From NCBI GenBank assembly GCA_963706325.1, contig CAVPLT010000007.1, forward strand, positions 800,001-864,000: a stretch of 64,000 bases of DNA, given 5' to 3'. The translations under genes were made by a program, and so were the position numbers. This DNA is from an uncultured Nitrospiraceae bacterium. Its GTDB lineage: Bacteria > Nitrospirota > Nitrospiria > Nitrospirales > Nitrospiraceae. Every line of letters begins with the position of its first letter. Positions within the stretch are counted from its first letter, which is position 1. The notes beneath the pieces were generated by a model. That model saw nothing but the letters and a program-made list of their open reading frames with translations. It did not search any database and was not told where the DNA came from. Shown here in pieces: positions 9,161-19,385 of the stretch.

Positions 9161-10521
9161 TGTGGTACCTGCTGTACAATAGCCTCCTGCTCCTTGCTTC
9201 CCCGGTTATTCTGCTCGTCTTGTTGGCCAAGCAACGATGTCGTCGTGGGCTTCCGCAGCGCTTGGGGTTGGCGGCGGAGCCACCCTCGGACCAGTCCGTC
9301 GACAATCCGGATCAGGTGATCTGGATCCATGCGGTGTCGTTGGGTGAGGTCGTTGCAGTGGCGCCGCTCGTCCGCGATTTGCACAGACGCTATCCTGCGG
9401 CGAGGTTGATCGTCTCGACGGTGACGGAAACAGGACGCGAGGCGCTGGAGCAGCGTCTGGAAGGTATTGCCGAACATCGGTATGCTCCGCTGGATTTTCC
9501 CTGGGTCGTCAACCAGGTCATTGCGCGGATCAATCCTGCCCTCTACGTCTTTGTCGAGACGGAACTCTGGCCGAATCTCCTGCGCAGTTTGCGGCGGCGG
9601 AAGATTCCGTCCATTCTTGTCAACGGACGGTTGTCCACGCGATCGTTCGAGCGGCAGCGTCTGCCGGTGATCCGGAATTTCTATCGCACGATGTTGAACA
9701 TGATCAGCTGTTGCCTCATGCAATCGGAGCGAGACGCCAAGCGGATGGTCGCGCTGGGAGCGGAGCCCCTGCGGGTCCGTTGTACTGGCAATATCAAATT
9801 CGATCAGCCGGTTCCGCTGGTGGAGGCCGGCGGTGGCGCCATCTCGAAAGCCTCGTTGGGGGTGAGCGATCACGAGCAATTGTTGGTGGCTGGGAGCACG
9901 CATCCCGGTGAGGAGGAGGCGCTTGTCACTGCCTATCAGTCGCTCTCTGCGGAGTCGCCCGATCTCCTGTTAGTGCTGGCGCCTCGCCATATCGAGCGGG
10001 CGGCGCAGGTCGAGCAGATGGTCCGAAGTCGAGGACTCACGGTCTCACGCCGCAGTACCGGCGACGGAGGGCAGATGGCCGGGAGCGGACCGCGGGTGCT
10101 CATCCTGGATACGCGGGGCGAATTGGCGCTGCTCTATCGCGATGCCGTAGTGGCCTTTGTGGGTGGGACGTTGGTCCCGATTGGAGGCCACAATCTTTTG
10201 GAGCCGGCGGTATGGGGAAAGCCGGTTTTCTTCGGCCCGCATACTGACCATTGCGCCGACGTGGCGGCGTTGTTGATGAACGCTCAAGGCGGGCGAGTCG
10301 TGCTAGATGCGCAACAGTTTGCGCAGGCCTTGCGGGAGCTCCTCCGCGATCCTGATGGCTTGCGACGGATGGGGCAGGCTGCTCAACAGGTCGTCACGGA
10401 TAACCAGGGCGCGCTCCAACGAACGGCGGACATCATTGCGACGTTTCTTCCTGGACGGGCGGATCTCGCAGCGCCCAGTGCGGCGGAGGGGCTGCGCCAC
10501 TTGTCGAGTCGGCAATCGTGA
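9160..10521 (+). CDS. waaA: Kdo transferase
   Basis: IWIHAVSLGE, PLDF, ETELWPNL, NGRLS, TGNIKFD, AGSTH, APRH, GGHNLLEP. Confidence 0.96.
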   Translation: MWYLLYNSLLLLASPVILLVLLAKQRCRRGLPQRLGLAAEPPSDQSVDNPDQVIWIHAVSLGEVVAVAPLVRDLHRRYPAARLIVSTVTETGREALEQRLEGIAEHRYAPLDFPWVVNQVIARINPALYVFVETELWPNLLRSLRRRKIPSILVNGRLSTRSFERQRLPVIRNFYRTMLNMISCCLMQSERDAKRMVALGAEPLRVRCTGNIKFDQPVPLVEAGGGAISKASLGVSDHEQLLVAGSTHPGEEEALVTAYQSLSAESPDLLLVLAPRHIERAAQVEQMVRSRGLTVSRRSTGDGGQMAGSGPRVLILDTRGELALLYRDAVVAFVGGTLVPIGGHNLLEPAVWGKPVFFGPHTDHCADVAALLMNAQGGRVVLDAQQFAQALRELLRDPDGLRRMGQAAQQVVTDNQGALQRTADIIATFLPGRADLAAPSAAEGLRHLSSRQS

Positions 10522-11600
10522 TGACGACTCAGCTGTCGAGGTGGTTGGGTATCTGTTTGCGCTGGGTTGGAGCGCCCTACGAAGTAGCGGCTCGTGCTCG
10601 GCTGTGGGGTTACGAGCAGGGGTGGTTCCGCACGCAGCGCTTGACTCGCCCTGTGATCAGCGTCGGGAATCTCACGGTAGGAGGAACGGGAAAAACACCT
10701 GTAGTCATGCATCTAGTCGAACGGTTGACGGCGCAAGGAATGCGAGTAGCAGTCTTAAGTCGCGGGTATCGGCGTCGGAGTCAAGCACCGCAGCTCTTAG
10801 TGTCAGACGGTCAACGCGTCCTTATCGGTCCGGAGGAAGCCGGAGATGAGCCCTACTTGATCGCACGCCGCTGTCCTCAGGCTGTGGTTGCCGTGGGCGC
10901 TGATCGGTATGCGCTGGGCCAATGGGTGCTAAGTCGGCTGCCGGTCGATTGTTTTCTGTTGGATGACGGCTTTCAGCATGTGCAACTGCATCGCGATCTC
11001 AATCTCTTGCTGGTGGATGCGACAGATCTCAAGGGCATTCAGGCCGCATTGCCGATCGGGCGCTTGCGGGAACCGCTTTCGGCTGCGGTCCGCGCCACGG
11101 CCATTGTGATTACCAGGGTGAATCAAGCGAAGGATGCGGAGGCTGTGTGGAGTCGTCTCCTCCAGGCCAACGGCTCGCTTCCGCCGCCGTTGCTGGTGGG
11201 ATTTCCTGCCGATGATTTTCGACGGGTAGGCGGAGACGAGCAGCGCCCACTGGACGCGTTTCGTGGCTGCTCGGCCGTCATCTTCAGCGGGATCGGCAAT
11301 GCCGGATCTTTCCATGCATTGGTGGAAGGCCTGGGTGTGACGGTGGTGGAGACTCTGGCATTTCCCGACCATGTGCATTATACCGATGGCATGCTGAAAA
11401 CCATTCGAGCCAAGGCACAGGCCTGTGGCGCGGATCTGTTAATGACGACGGAGAAGGATGCCGACAAGGTGGCGCGTTTTCTGGGCTCAACTGATTTCTG
11501 TTGGGCCGTCAGGCTCCGGACAGAGATTCTGAGGGGACAGGATCAGCTGGAGCAGTTGTTACGACTCGATCCACAGGTGACAAAGGCAGGCCATGCGTAA
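10521..11600 (+). CDS. lpxK: Tetraacyldisaccharide 4'-kinase
   Basis: VISVGNLTVGGTGKTP, LSRGY, GDEP, LDDGFQH, GRLREP, FPDH, TTEKD. Confidence 0.96.
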   Translation: MTTQLSRWLGICLRWVGAPYEVAARARLWGYEQGWFRTQRLTRPVISVGNLTVGGTGKTPVVMHLVERLTAQGMRVAVLSRGYRRRSQAPQLLVSDGQRVLIGPEEAGDEPYLIARRCPQAVVAVGADRYALGQWVLSRLPVDCFLLDDGFQHVQLHRDLNLLLVDATDLKGIQAALPIGRLREPLSAAVRATAIVITRVNQAKDAEAVWSRLLQANGSLPPPLLVGFPADDFRRVGGDEQRPLDAFRGCSAVIFSGIGNAGSFHALVEGLGVTVVETLAFPDHVHYTDGMLKTIRAKAQACGADLLMTTEKDADKVARFLGSTDFCWAVRLRTEILRGQDQLEQLLRLDPQVTKAGHA

Positions 11601-13290
11601 GGAAGGCATTCATCGCATCGTCGTCCGCGGCCCCAATTGGCTGGGGGACGCCGTGATGTGTGAGCCCGCCTTGAGCCAGGTGCGCGCGATTTTTCCTCAG
11701 GCCGAGATTACGCTCCTTGTCAAGCCGGCGATTGCCGATCTGCTGGCGCAGCATCCCGCAGTGAATCGGACGCTGGTGTACGACGACCGAGGACGCCATG
11801 CAGGCCTCACCGGTAAATGGACGCTGGCCGGCGTGCTGCGCCGCCATCGATTCGACCTCGCCATTTTGTTTCAGAATGCGTTTGAGGCCGCCTTGATTAG
11901 TTTCCTGGCAGGCATCTCTCGACGACTCGGGTATGCGACAGATGGCCGGAGCCTGTTGCTGACGGACCCCGTGTCCGTACCGCCACGAAACGGCCAGAAG
12001 CATCAAGTCACATACTATTGGGATTTGTTGAAGCCGCTTGGGGGACATGGCCCAGCGCCGGCGCCGCGCCTGTTTGTCACCCCGGAAGAATCTGCTGCGA
12101 TCACCAAGCGATTGGTTGATGCCGGGATCGGCACGTCGGATCCGGTCATCGGCGTCAATCCCGGCTCGACCTATGGCCATGCTAAACGGTGGCTGCCGGA
12201 ACGGTATGCCGAGGTCGTCAATCGCGTGCTGAACGATATGCAGGCTCAAACCGGCGCCAAAGTCGGCGTGGCCATTCTCGGGGCCCCGGGCGAAGAACCG
12301 TTGGGGCATGCGATCGCCAAAAAAATTAAGACGCGCACGGTCGTCTGTTCCGGTCAGACCACGGTGCGGGAATTGATGGCGCTTGTGAAGCGCTGCCAGT
12401 TGTTTCTGACGAACGATACGGGGCCCATGCATGTGGCCGCGGCGTTCAAGGTGCCGCTCGTGGCGGTGTTCGGGCCGACCGATTGGCAGACCACCTCCCC
12501 CTATGGCGTCGAGGCGAAACTCGTCCGTCAGCCGGTCTCCTGTGCCCCTTGTTTGCTGCGGGAATGTCCTATCGATCACCGCTGTATGACGGGCGTGACG
12601 GTAGACCAAGTACACGGCGCCGCCCTTGAGCATCTGCCGCTGGCGGCCCCTTTCCTGGCATCAGATCCAATGTCTTCCAAAGGCAGCATTGATCAGGTCT
12701 CACTGCCGGGAGTCACGGTATTTTTGGATCGGGACGGCACGCTCAACGAAGACACCGGCTACATCAAATCTCCTGATGAGCTGACATTGCTGCCTGGAGT
12801 GGGAGCAGCGCTGGCCCGGCTCAAGCACGCCGGTGTGCGCCTCGTCGTCGTGACGAATCAGTCTGGACTGGGGCGCGGATACTTTGACGGCAAGGATCTT
12901 GATGCGATTCACAGCAAGCTGCGACTCTTGCTGGCCGAGGATAAGGTGGCGCTCGACGGGTTGTATTTTTGTCCCCATCATCCGGATGATCGGTGCAATT
13001 GTCGCAAGCCGGCTCCCGGCATGATCGATCGGGCGGTTGCCGAATTGAAGGTGGACTTGGGTCGGGCCTATGTCATTGGAGACAGCGCGCGAGACATCGA
13101 GCTGGCCAAACAGGTCGGCGCGCAGAGCCTGTTGGTCCTGACCGGCCCATCGGGGAGAGAGACATTAGCCGATCTGACCGATCGAGGTCTGGCGCCGGAC
13201 CATGTAGCCGATGCCTTGCCGCAAGCGGTAGAGTGGATACTCGCCCATGCGACCTGTAGGCCGGTTGCTTCACAGGCACATCCCTGCTAG
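11593..13290 (+). CDS. waaF: Fusion: LPS heptosyltransferase II (GT9) + heptose-1,7-bisphosphate phosphatase GmhB (HAD)
   Basis: PNWLGDAVM, NPG..YG.AKRW, TNDTGPMH; C-terminal FLDRDGTLN, VTNQSG, CPHHP..C.CRKP, VIGD in the same frame. Confidence 0.9.
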   Translation: MRKEGIHRIVVRGPNWLGDAVMCEPALSQVRAIFPQAEITLLVKPAIADLLAQHPAVNRTLVYDDRGRHAGLTGKWTLAGVLRRHRFDLAILFQNAFEAALISFLAGISRRLGYATDGRSLLLTDPVSVPPRNGQKHQVTYYWDLLKPLGGHGPAPAPRLFVTPEESAAITKRLVDAGIGTSDPVIGVNPGSTYGHAKRWLPERYAEVVNRVLNDMQAQTGAKVGVAILGAPGEEPLGHAIAKKIKTRTVVCSGQTTVRELMALVKRCQLFLTNDTGPMHVAAAFKVPLVAVFGPTDWQTTSPYGVEAKLVRQPVSCAPCLLRECPIDHRCMTGVTVDQVHGAALEHLPLAAPFLASDPMSSKGSIDQVSLPGVTVFLDRDGTLNEDTGYIKSPDELTLLPGVGAALARLKHAGVRLVVVTNQSGLGRGYFDGKDLDAIHSKLRLLLAEDKVALDGLYFCPHHPDDRCNCRKPAPGMIDRAVAELKVDLGRAYVIGDSARDIELAKQVGAQSLLVLTGPSGRETLADLTDRGLAPDHVADALPQAVEWILAHATCRPVASQAHPC

Positions 13291-13312
13291 CGGCCTCGTC
13301 ACTGGTGGCTGA

Positions 13313-14356
13313 ATGACCGACCCTGTTCGCCGACTGCTATTTATTAAACCGAGTTCACTTGGCGACATCGTCCATGCGATGCCGACACTCGCCGCGTTGC
13401 GCGCTCGGTTTTCTCACGCTGAGGTGACGTGGCTGGTAAAGCGGCAATGGGCGCCGTTGGTGGAAACCATCGACGGGGTGGATCAGGTCTGCGCGGTGGA
13501 GACGGGGCTCTCGGGCTGGCTGGGGCGAGTACCTGAACTTCGTGCGGCTCGGTTCGATCTGGTGGTTGATCTCCAAGGGCTTTTCAGGAGCGGCGCGATG
13601 GCGTGGTTGACCGGCTGCGGCCGTCGGATCGGATTTGCCAACGCGCGTGAGGGCAGCCGGCTGTTCTATACCCAGCGAGTTGGCGTGCCGCATGCCTCGA
13701 TGCATGCGGTCGATCGATATCTGTTGGTCGCGGAAGCGCTCGGTGCGGATCGTCCCGTGCCGCCTCGCTTCGATTTCGTCGACCATCCTCAAGACCGGCC
13801 GGCCGTGGAAGCGATCCTCACCAGCGCCGGAGTGGTCGCCTCTCTGCCGTGGATTGCAATCAACGCCTCCGCGCGCTGGGAGACCAAACGCTGGCCCCCG
13901 CAACATTTTGCGGAAGCGGCGGATCAGTTGTCGCAGGCGCATGCGTTGCCGATCGTGTTCATCGGAGGAGTGGCTGAGCGGCCGGAAGCTCTCGCGGTGA
14001 TGGCGCTCATGCGGACGAAAGCGGTTGATCTCACAGGACAGACCCCTGTAGGCTTGCTGCCCAGTTTATTGCGAAAGGCGGCTGTCTTGATCACCAACGA
14101 TTCCGGACCGATGCACATTGCGGCGGCGGTGGGGACGCCGGTGGTGGCGTTATTCGGGCCGACTGATCCGCGCAGAACGGGTCCCTATGGCCAGGGACAT
14201 CTCGTCCTGTCGCAGACGGTGGAATGCAGTCCGTGTTTTCGGCGAGATTGTACGAGGGCCGTGAGGCTCGAATGTCTGACTGAAGTCAAGCCGGACCAGG
14301 TGGTTCGCGCCGTACAACAGCAACTTGCTCCGTCATTGAAGCAGAGATTGTTGTGA
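13313..14356 (+). CDS. waaC: LPS heptosyltransferase I-like (GT9)
   Basis: IKPSSLGDIVH, DLQGLFRS, HAVDRY, TKRWP, NDSGPMH, LFGPT. Confidence 0.8.
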   Translation: MTDPVRRLLFIKPSSLGDIVHAMPTLAALRARFSHAEVTWLVKRQWAPLVETIDGVDQVCAVETGLSGWLGRVPELRAARFDLVVDLQGLFRSGAMAWLTGCGRRIGFANAREGSRLFYTQRVGVPHASMHAVDRYLLVAEALGADRPVPPRFDFVDHPQDRPAVEAILTSAGVVASLPWIAINASARWETKRWPPQHFAEAADQLSQAHALPIVFIGGVAERPEALAVMALMRTKAVDLTGQTPVGLLPSLLRKAAVLITNDSGPMHIAAAVGTPVVALFGPTDPRRTGPYGQGHLVLSQTVECSPCFRRDCTRAVRLECLTEVKPDQVVRAVQQQLAPSLKQRLL

Positions 14357-15456
14357 ATATTTTGATTGCGGAATCCAGCAGGTCGATGGGCGGGCAGGAA
14401 TTGGCTGTCCTGCTGCATGCCGAACGACTCTGCAAGCGGGGTCATCGCGTACGGTTGGTTTTGGAGCCGCATAGTCCCATCATGGCGATGGCGAAGGAGC
14501 GCAGCTTGCCGGTGGAACCGTTCATCATGCAGCAATGGCGCCTGCCTTGGTCGATCCTTGCCTTTCGTCGTTTGTTGAAACAGGATCATCCGGACATCGT
14601 CCATGTGAACAGCTCGCGTGACAGCTGGCTTGCGACACTGGCGACTCGGTTAGTCGACCCGCGTCCCAAAGTCATTCGTACCAGGCATATTTCCGCGCCC
14701 CTTACCAACAACCGGGCCACGCACCTGTTGTACCGGAAGTTGTTCGATATGGTCATCGTGACCGGTGGAGAACGCAACCGCCAGGAGCTGATACATCGAG
14801 ACGGGTTGAGGCCTGACCGGGTGGCAGCCTTTCCCATCGGATTGGACGTGGAGTATTTTTCGCCCGCCAAACCTCTGCGGAATATTCGAGTAGAACTGGG
14901 CATTCCATCCAGTCATCGACTCGTCGGGATTATTTCCTATCTGCGGGACTATAAAGGGCACCGCTATTTTGTCGAGGCGGCCGCCAAGGTGTTGAAGCAG
15001 CATCAGAGGGTGGCCTTTCTCATTGTCGGAGAAGGCCCGGAGGAGCAGAACATCCGTGGGCAGATTGAGCGCCTCGACCTAACGGCCGACGTCCGCATGC
15101 TAGGGTTTCGCGACGACCTGCTGGATGTATTTCGATCCCTGGACCTGTTCGTCATCCCCACGGTCGAAGGCGACACCATCCCACAGGTGTTGATGCAAGC
15201 CTTGGCGCTCGGCCTTCCGGTGGTGTCGACGACGACCGGATCGATTCCGGATGTCGTGGCCGATGGAGAATCTGGGTTCATCGTCCCGCCGCGCGATGTC
15301 GATGCGCTAGCCGATCGGATTGAGCGGTTATTACTCGATCCCGATCTGCGGACGTCGATGGGCCGACGCGGCCGCCAGACGGTGGAACGTTCCTTCTCGA
15401 TCGACCGTATGGTGGATGAATTGGAAGGGGTCTATCGGCGGGTGATAGAACCATGA
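14353..15456 (+). CDS. GT4 glycosyltransferase (LPS core)
   Basis: MNIL..SS..MGGQE, HVNSSRDSW, RTRH, KGH, GFRDD, QALALGLPVV. Confidence 0.88.
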   Translation: MNILIAESSRSMGGQELAVLLHAERLCKRGHRVRLVLEPHSPIMAMAKERSLPVEPFIMQQWRLPWSILAFRRLLKQDHPDIVHVNSSRDSWLATLATRLVDPRPKVIRTRHISAPLTNNRATHLLYRKLFDMVIVTGGERNRQELIHRDGLRPDRVAAFPIGLDVEYFSPAKPLRNIRVELGIPSSHRLVGIISYLRDYKGHRYFVEAAAKVLKQHQRVAFLIVGEGPEEQNIRGQIERLDLTADVRMLGFRDDLLDVFRSLDLFVIPTVEGDTIPQVLMQALALGLPVVSTTTGSIPDVVADGESGFIVPPRDVDALADRIERLLLDPDLRTSMGRRGRQTVERSFSIDRMVDELEGVYRRVIEP

Positions 15457-16531
15457 TGGCACGATGTGCTGAAGCGAGGTCGTCAGTCCGAAAAACGGTC
15501 CTCTTCTGGTGGATTTTATCCGTCGTGATGCAAACGACGGAGCGTCTCTTCCTGCTCCGTGATGCGTTCGCGCAAGAAACGCCGACGCTGTCTCTTTTGC
15601 TACATACGCTGGCTCAGAATCCAATCTTGTTCGCCAGCGAGGCATCGCGGGTTGCTTGGGTTTCTCGAGGATCGATGGCGCAGCGGGCAAATACCGAGAT
15701 CATGCCGTATGACGTCGCTGTGCGCACGGCGCAGGGTCTGTTAGGACCGGGAGAGGTCTTCCCGAATCCACGGTACCCATTGGTCCGAGCCATGATGGCC
15801 AATGCCGACGGCATACGCTTCACCGAGCCCGCCAACGTGATCATCCTGTTTTTGGAAGGGTTGGACCCCCGATATCTGGGGCAGACCTACGGCGAGGTGC
15901 GCGGAACTCCGTTTCTGGATCGCTTAAGGGAAGACAGCGTCTATTTCACCAATTTCTTCTCCAATGGCGTTCAGACTTCCTGGGGACTCTTCGCCACTCT
16001 TTGCAGCACGTACCCGCGGCATGGGGACAGCGCAATGAAAACGCGTTATGCCCACGATTATCTTTGCCTGCCATCGCTTTTGCAGCGCCAAAGCTACAGT
16101 ACGGAAATGGTGATCGGGCAGCTTCGGGATCTCAACCGACTGCAAACTTTTTTCTCTCGAAATGGCTTGCAACAGCTGCTGGACGAGGGTGATTTCCCTT
16201 TGCAGGCGGAGCGGGCGGGGTTGGGCATCGTCGACGGCCCGCTCTTCGATCTCTGTTATGAACGGATCAAGCCCTGCCTCCTCGCCGGGATTGTTTGCCG
16301 GATCAGGTGGCCTATCTCATCAGCATCTACGACAATATGGTCAGGTTAGCCAGTCGTGACGGCGTCTTATTGTACTCGTTTCTGACAGAGCGGCTTCAGA
16401 CCAGGAATCTGGCTTTCGAACTCCTGCCGGACGAGCAGGAGGGCAGGCCGTCCCTCTCGGCCTCCCGCTATCAGGAGTTGTTGGCGCTCTACGAAGTGTC
16501 CAATCTGGCGCTGGATTCCAATCGTATTTGA
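15453..16531 (+). pseudogene. Remnant of an LTA-synthase/sulfatase-family membrane protein
   Basis: NVIILFLEG, TPFLDRL, FSNGVQTS.G catalytic region; only one TM-like segment remains, catalytic domain breaks near 16270, C-terminal piece (..SNLALDSNRI*) is in another frame. Confidence 0.75.
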
Positions 16532-16596
16532 TCCTGGCGGGAGTTTGGTTCACGGCTCCGAATGTGTGTTCCGGGTACTCGCCTGTGAAAGGTTGA

Positions 16597-17427
16597 ATGT
16601 CTGCTCGAGAAGAAATCGTGCCTGTGAGGCACACACCGATCACGGCGGTGGTCATCGCCTATAATGATGAACCCAACATGCGAGCCTGCCTGGAGTCCAT
16701 CACCTGGGCGGATGAAATAATCGTGGTTGATTCGCACAGCACCGATGCCACGGAACGCATCAGCCGCGAATTCACCGAGCAGGTATACCAGCATGACTTT
16801 CATGGCTTCGGCCGTCTGCGCAATGAGGCCCTCGCGCATGCCACGCACGACTGGGTGTTCAGTTTGGATACCGACGAGCGCGCGACCCCGGAGTTGCGGG
16901 ATGAGATTCGGCAGGTGTTAGATGCCGGTCCCCAGGCTGATGCCTACTTGGTGCCACGCAAGAATTATTTTCTCGGCCGCTGGATCAAGCATTGCGGCTG
17001 GTTTCCCGACTATCGGCAGCCGCAACTCTTTCGCAAGAGCCGCCTGCGCTATCGAGACGAGCTGGTTCATGAAAGTTTCGATCTGGACGGTCGCCTCGGC
17101 CATCTCACCGCCGCCGCTCTGCAGTTCCCATTTCGGGACATCGATCATTATTTGGCGAAGCAAGAACGCTATTCAGATCTGATGGCGCGCCGCATGGTCG
17201 AGCAAGGACGCTCCTTTTCCTGGCATCAGCTGCTGTCGCATCCCTGCTTCACATTCTTGAAGATGTATGTCGGACGAAAAGGCTGCCTCGATGGGGTACC
17301 GGGCCTCATTTTGTCCGGGCTCTACGCGTATTATACGTTCATTAAATATGCTCGTTTTTGGGAGCTGCAAGGCATAGCGGCGGTTGCCGAACGTCCGGTG
17401 GCTCCGATGAAGCAAGGGCAGGGATGA
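16597..17427 (+). CDS. GT2 glycosyltransferase, WaaE/KdtX-like
   Basis: CLESITWADEIIVVDSHSTD.T, WVFSLDTDE, GWFPDY, VHE, FIKYA. Confidence 0.9.
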   Translation: MSAREEIVPVRHTPITAVVIAYNDEPNMRACLESITWADEIIVVDSHSTDATERISREFTEQVYQHDFHGFGRLRNEALAHATHDWVFSLDTDERATPELRDEIRQVLDAGPQADAYLVPRKNYFLGRWIKHCGWFPDYRQPQLFRKSRLRYRDELVHESFDLDGRLGHLTAAALQFPFRDIDHYLAKQERYSDLMARRMVEQGRSFSWHQLLSHPCFTFLKMYVGRKGCLDGVPGLILSGLYAYYTFIKYARFWELQGIAAVAERPVAPMKQGQG

Positions 17428-18218
17428 AGGACATCGGGGTGGAGCAGAAGCGAAGGTCCATGATCGCGGCAGTGGTTATTACGAAAGATGAAGAAAACAA
17501 CATCGTGGACTGTCTTGAATCAGTACGCTGGGCTGACGAACTCATTGTGGTGGACGCGGAGAGCCGAGATCGGACTGTGGAACTGGCGCAGCGGTATACA
17601 TCGCGAGTGGTTGTCCGGCCATGGGCGGGGTACGGTCCTCAAAAAAACTTTGGCATCGATCAAGCCGGGGCAGACTGGATCCTCGTCGTGGATGCCGACG
17701 AGCGAGTGACCGACGGCTTGCGGCGGGAAATCCAGAACCTATTGGCCGGTGGGCCGCCGGCGGAGATCGGGGGGTATGAGATTCCGCGGCGGAACTTCTT
17801 TTACGGGAAATGGATTCAAGGCGGCGGCCTGTTCCCTGACTATCAACTGCGGCTCTTCCGAACGACGTCCGGCCGTTATGACGATGTGCGGCTGCACGAA
17901 CACCTCACGCTCAGCGGGCGTCGGGAACGGCTTCATGAGCCGTTCGATCACTACAGCATGCCCACCGTGAAACATCACATCCGCAAGATGATGCGGTACA
18001 CCACCCTGGGCGCCGATGAAAAACTGAAACGCACCATGTCGATCAGCGGCTGGGTCATTGCGACCCACCATCTTGGCACGATACTAAAGACCCTGTTCGT
18101 GCGCGGCGGCTATCGGGATGGCGTGCATGGCTTGGTGGTGGCGATGTTTGCCGGCCTCCATACGTTCGTCAAATATGCCAAGGCTTGGGAGCGGTTGAAT
18201 GTGAGGCGCGACGGATGA
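17424..18218 (+). CDS. GT2 glycosyltransferase, WaaE/KdtX-like paralogue
   Basis: CLESVRWADELIVVDAESRD.T, WILVVDADE, FPDYQLRLF, LHE, FVKYA; start 17424 (ATGA overlap) or 17460. Confidence 0.9.
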   Translation: MKDIGVEQKRRSMIAAVVITKDEENNIVDCLESVRWADELIVVDAESRDRTVELAQRYTSRVVVRPWAGYGPQKNFGIDQAGADWILVVDADERVTDGLRREIQNLLAGGPPAEIGGYEIPRRNFFYGKWIQGGGLFPDYQLRLFRTTSGRYDDVRLHEHLTLSGRRERLHEPFDHYSMPTVKHHIRKMMRYTTLGADEKLKRTMSISGWVIATHHLGTILKTLFVRGGYRDGVHGLVVAMFAGLHTFVKYAKAWERLNVRRDG

Positions 18219-18267
18219 GCGGGCTATGCGCGGTGCATGCCATGTTAGTGGAGGCGTCTTTCGCTTG

Positions 18268-19371
18268 ATGCGTATCGGGATCGATGCGGCTTCGATCGTG
18301 GGAGACAAGGGCGGCGTCGGCTGGCATACGCATCATCTCCTACGGGCTCTGTTGGATCTGGAAGAGGAGACCGAGTATCTCGGATATCTCAGGCCCGGTT
18401 CTCTGCGAGCAGGCCGGCTCGATGGCTGGCCCGTGAACGATCGAATGCGTTGGGTGGAGTCGCCGCGGTGGCTGATGTCCTGGCGGGGAGCCTGGGATCG
18501 TCTCGATCTGTACCATGGTCCCAATTTCAAGATGGCCGCGACAGGACGGTCCGGCGGCATCGTCACCATTCACGATCTATGGCTTGCTCGTCATCCCGAA
18601 TATTCGCGGAAAGTGTTGGGACAGGCGGGATCGTCGCGGCGCGCGCGCGCCACGGCCTTGCAGGCACGGAAAGTCGTAACGGTTTCGGAGTTCTCGGCTC
18701 GGGAAATCGAGGCGCTCTACGGCGTTCCGCCTGAACAGGTGGTCGTCATTTATAATGGGGTTTCCGAGGAATTTGTGCCGGAGCACGATAAGCAGGTAGT
18801 GGCTGGCGTGCGACAACGTTGGGCGATTCCGGCAGCCGGGTTTATCCTGTTCGTCGGCGGCGCCGATCCGAGAAAAAACCACCGTGGCTTCCTGCAGGCG
18901 GTGGCGCGGTGGCGATCTCAATTGGGAGGACGAGCGCTCGTCCTCGTCGGTGACGCGGAGCATCCGCAGGGAAGCTACCGGGCCACCGCGCAGGCGCTGG
19001 GGTTAGAACAGGACATCCGTTGTACCGGGCGTCTCAACCGCGAAGATCTCCGTCGACTCTATTCCTGTGCCGATCTGTTTGTCTTTCCTTCATTGTATGA
19101 GGGATTCGGCATGCCGGTTCTAGAAGCCATGGCCTGTGGAGCCCCCACGATCACAGCCGCTACGTCCTCTCTGCCGGAAGTGGCTGGAGAGGCGGCAGTG
19201 TTGGTGGATCCCGAGGATGTTGAGGGTTTGGCTAACGCGATGGTGACGGTATTGTCCGATGCGTCTGTCCGACAGGGACTGCGACAGCGCGGATTCGATC
19301 GGGCGCGACTCTTTACCTGGCAGCGGGCTGCATTGCGTACGAGCGCTCTCTACCACGAGCTCTGCGCCTGA
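18268..19371 (+). CDS. GT4 glycosyltransferase (MtfB-like)
   Basis: MRIGIDA, VTIHDL, TVSEFS, PRKN, FPSLYEGFGMPVLEAMACG, SSLPEVAG. Confidence 0.92.
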   Translation: MRIGIDAASIVGDKGGVGWHTHHLLRALLDLEEETEYLGYLRPGSLRAGRLDGWPVNDRMRWVESPRWLMSWRGAWDRLDLYHGPNFKMAATGRSGGIVTIHDLWLARHPEYSRKVLGQAGSSRRARATALQARKVVTVSEFSAREIEALYGVPPEQVVVIYNGVSEEFVPEHDKQVVAGVRQRWAIPAAGFILFVGGADPRKNHRGFLQAVARWRSQLGGRALVLVGDAEHPQGSYRATAQALGLEQDIRCTGRLNREDLRRLYSCADLFVFPSLYEGFGMPVLEAMACGAPTITAATSSLPEVAGEAAVLVDPEDVEGLANAMVTVLSDASVRQGLRQRGFDRARLFTWQRAALRTSALYHELCA

Positions 19372-19385
19372 GGATTATCGGCGGA

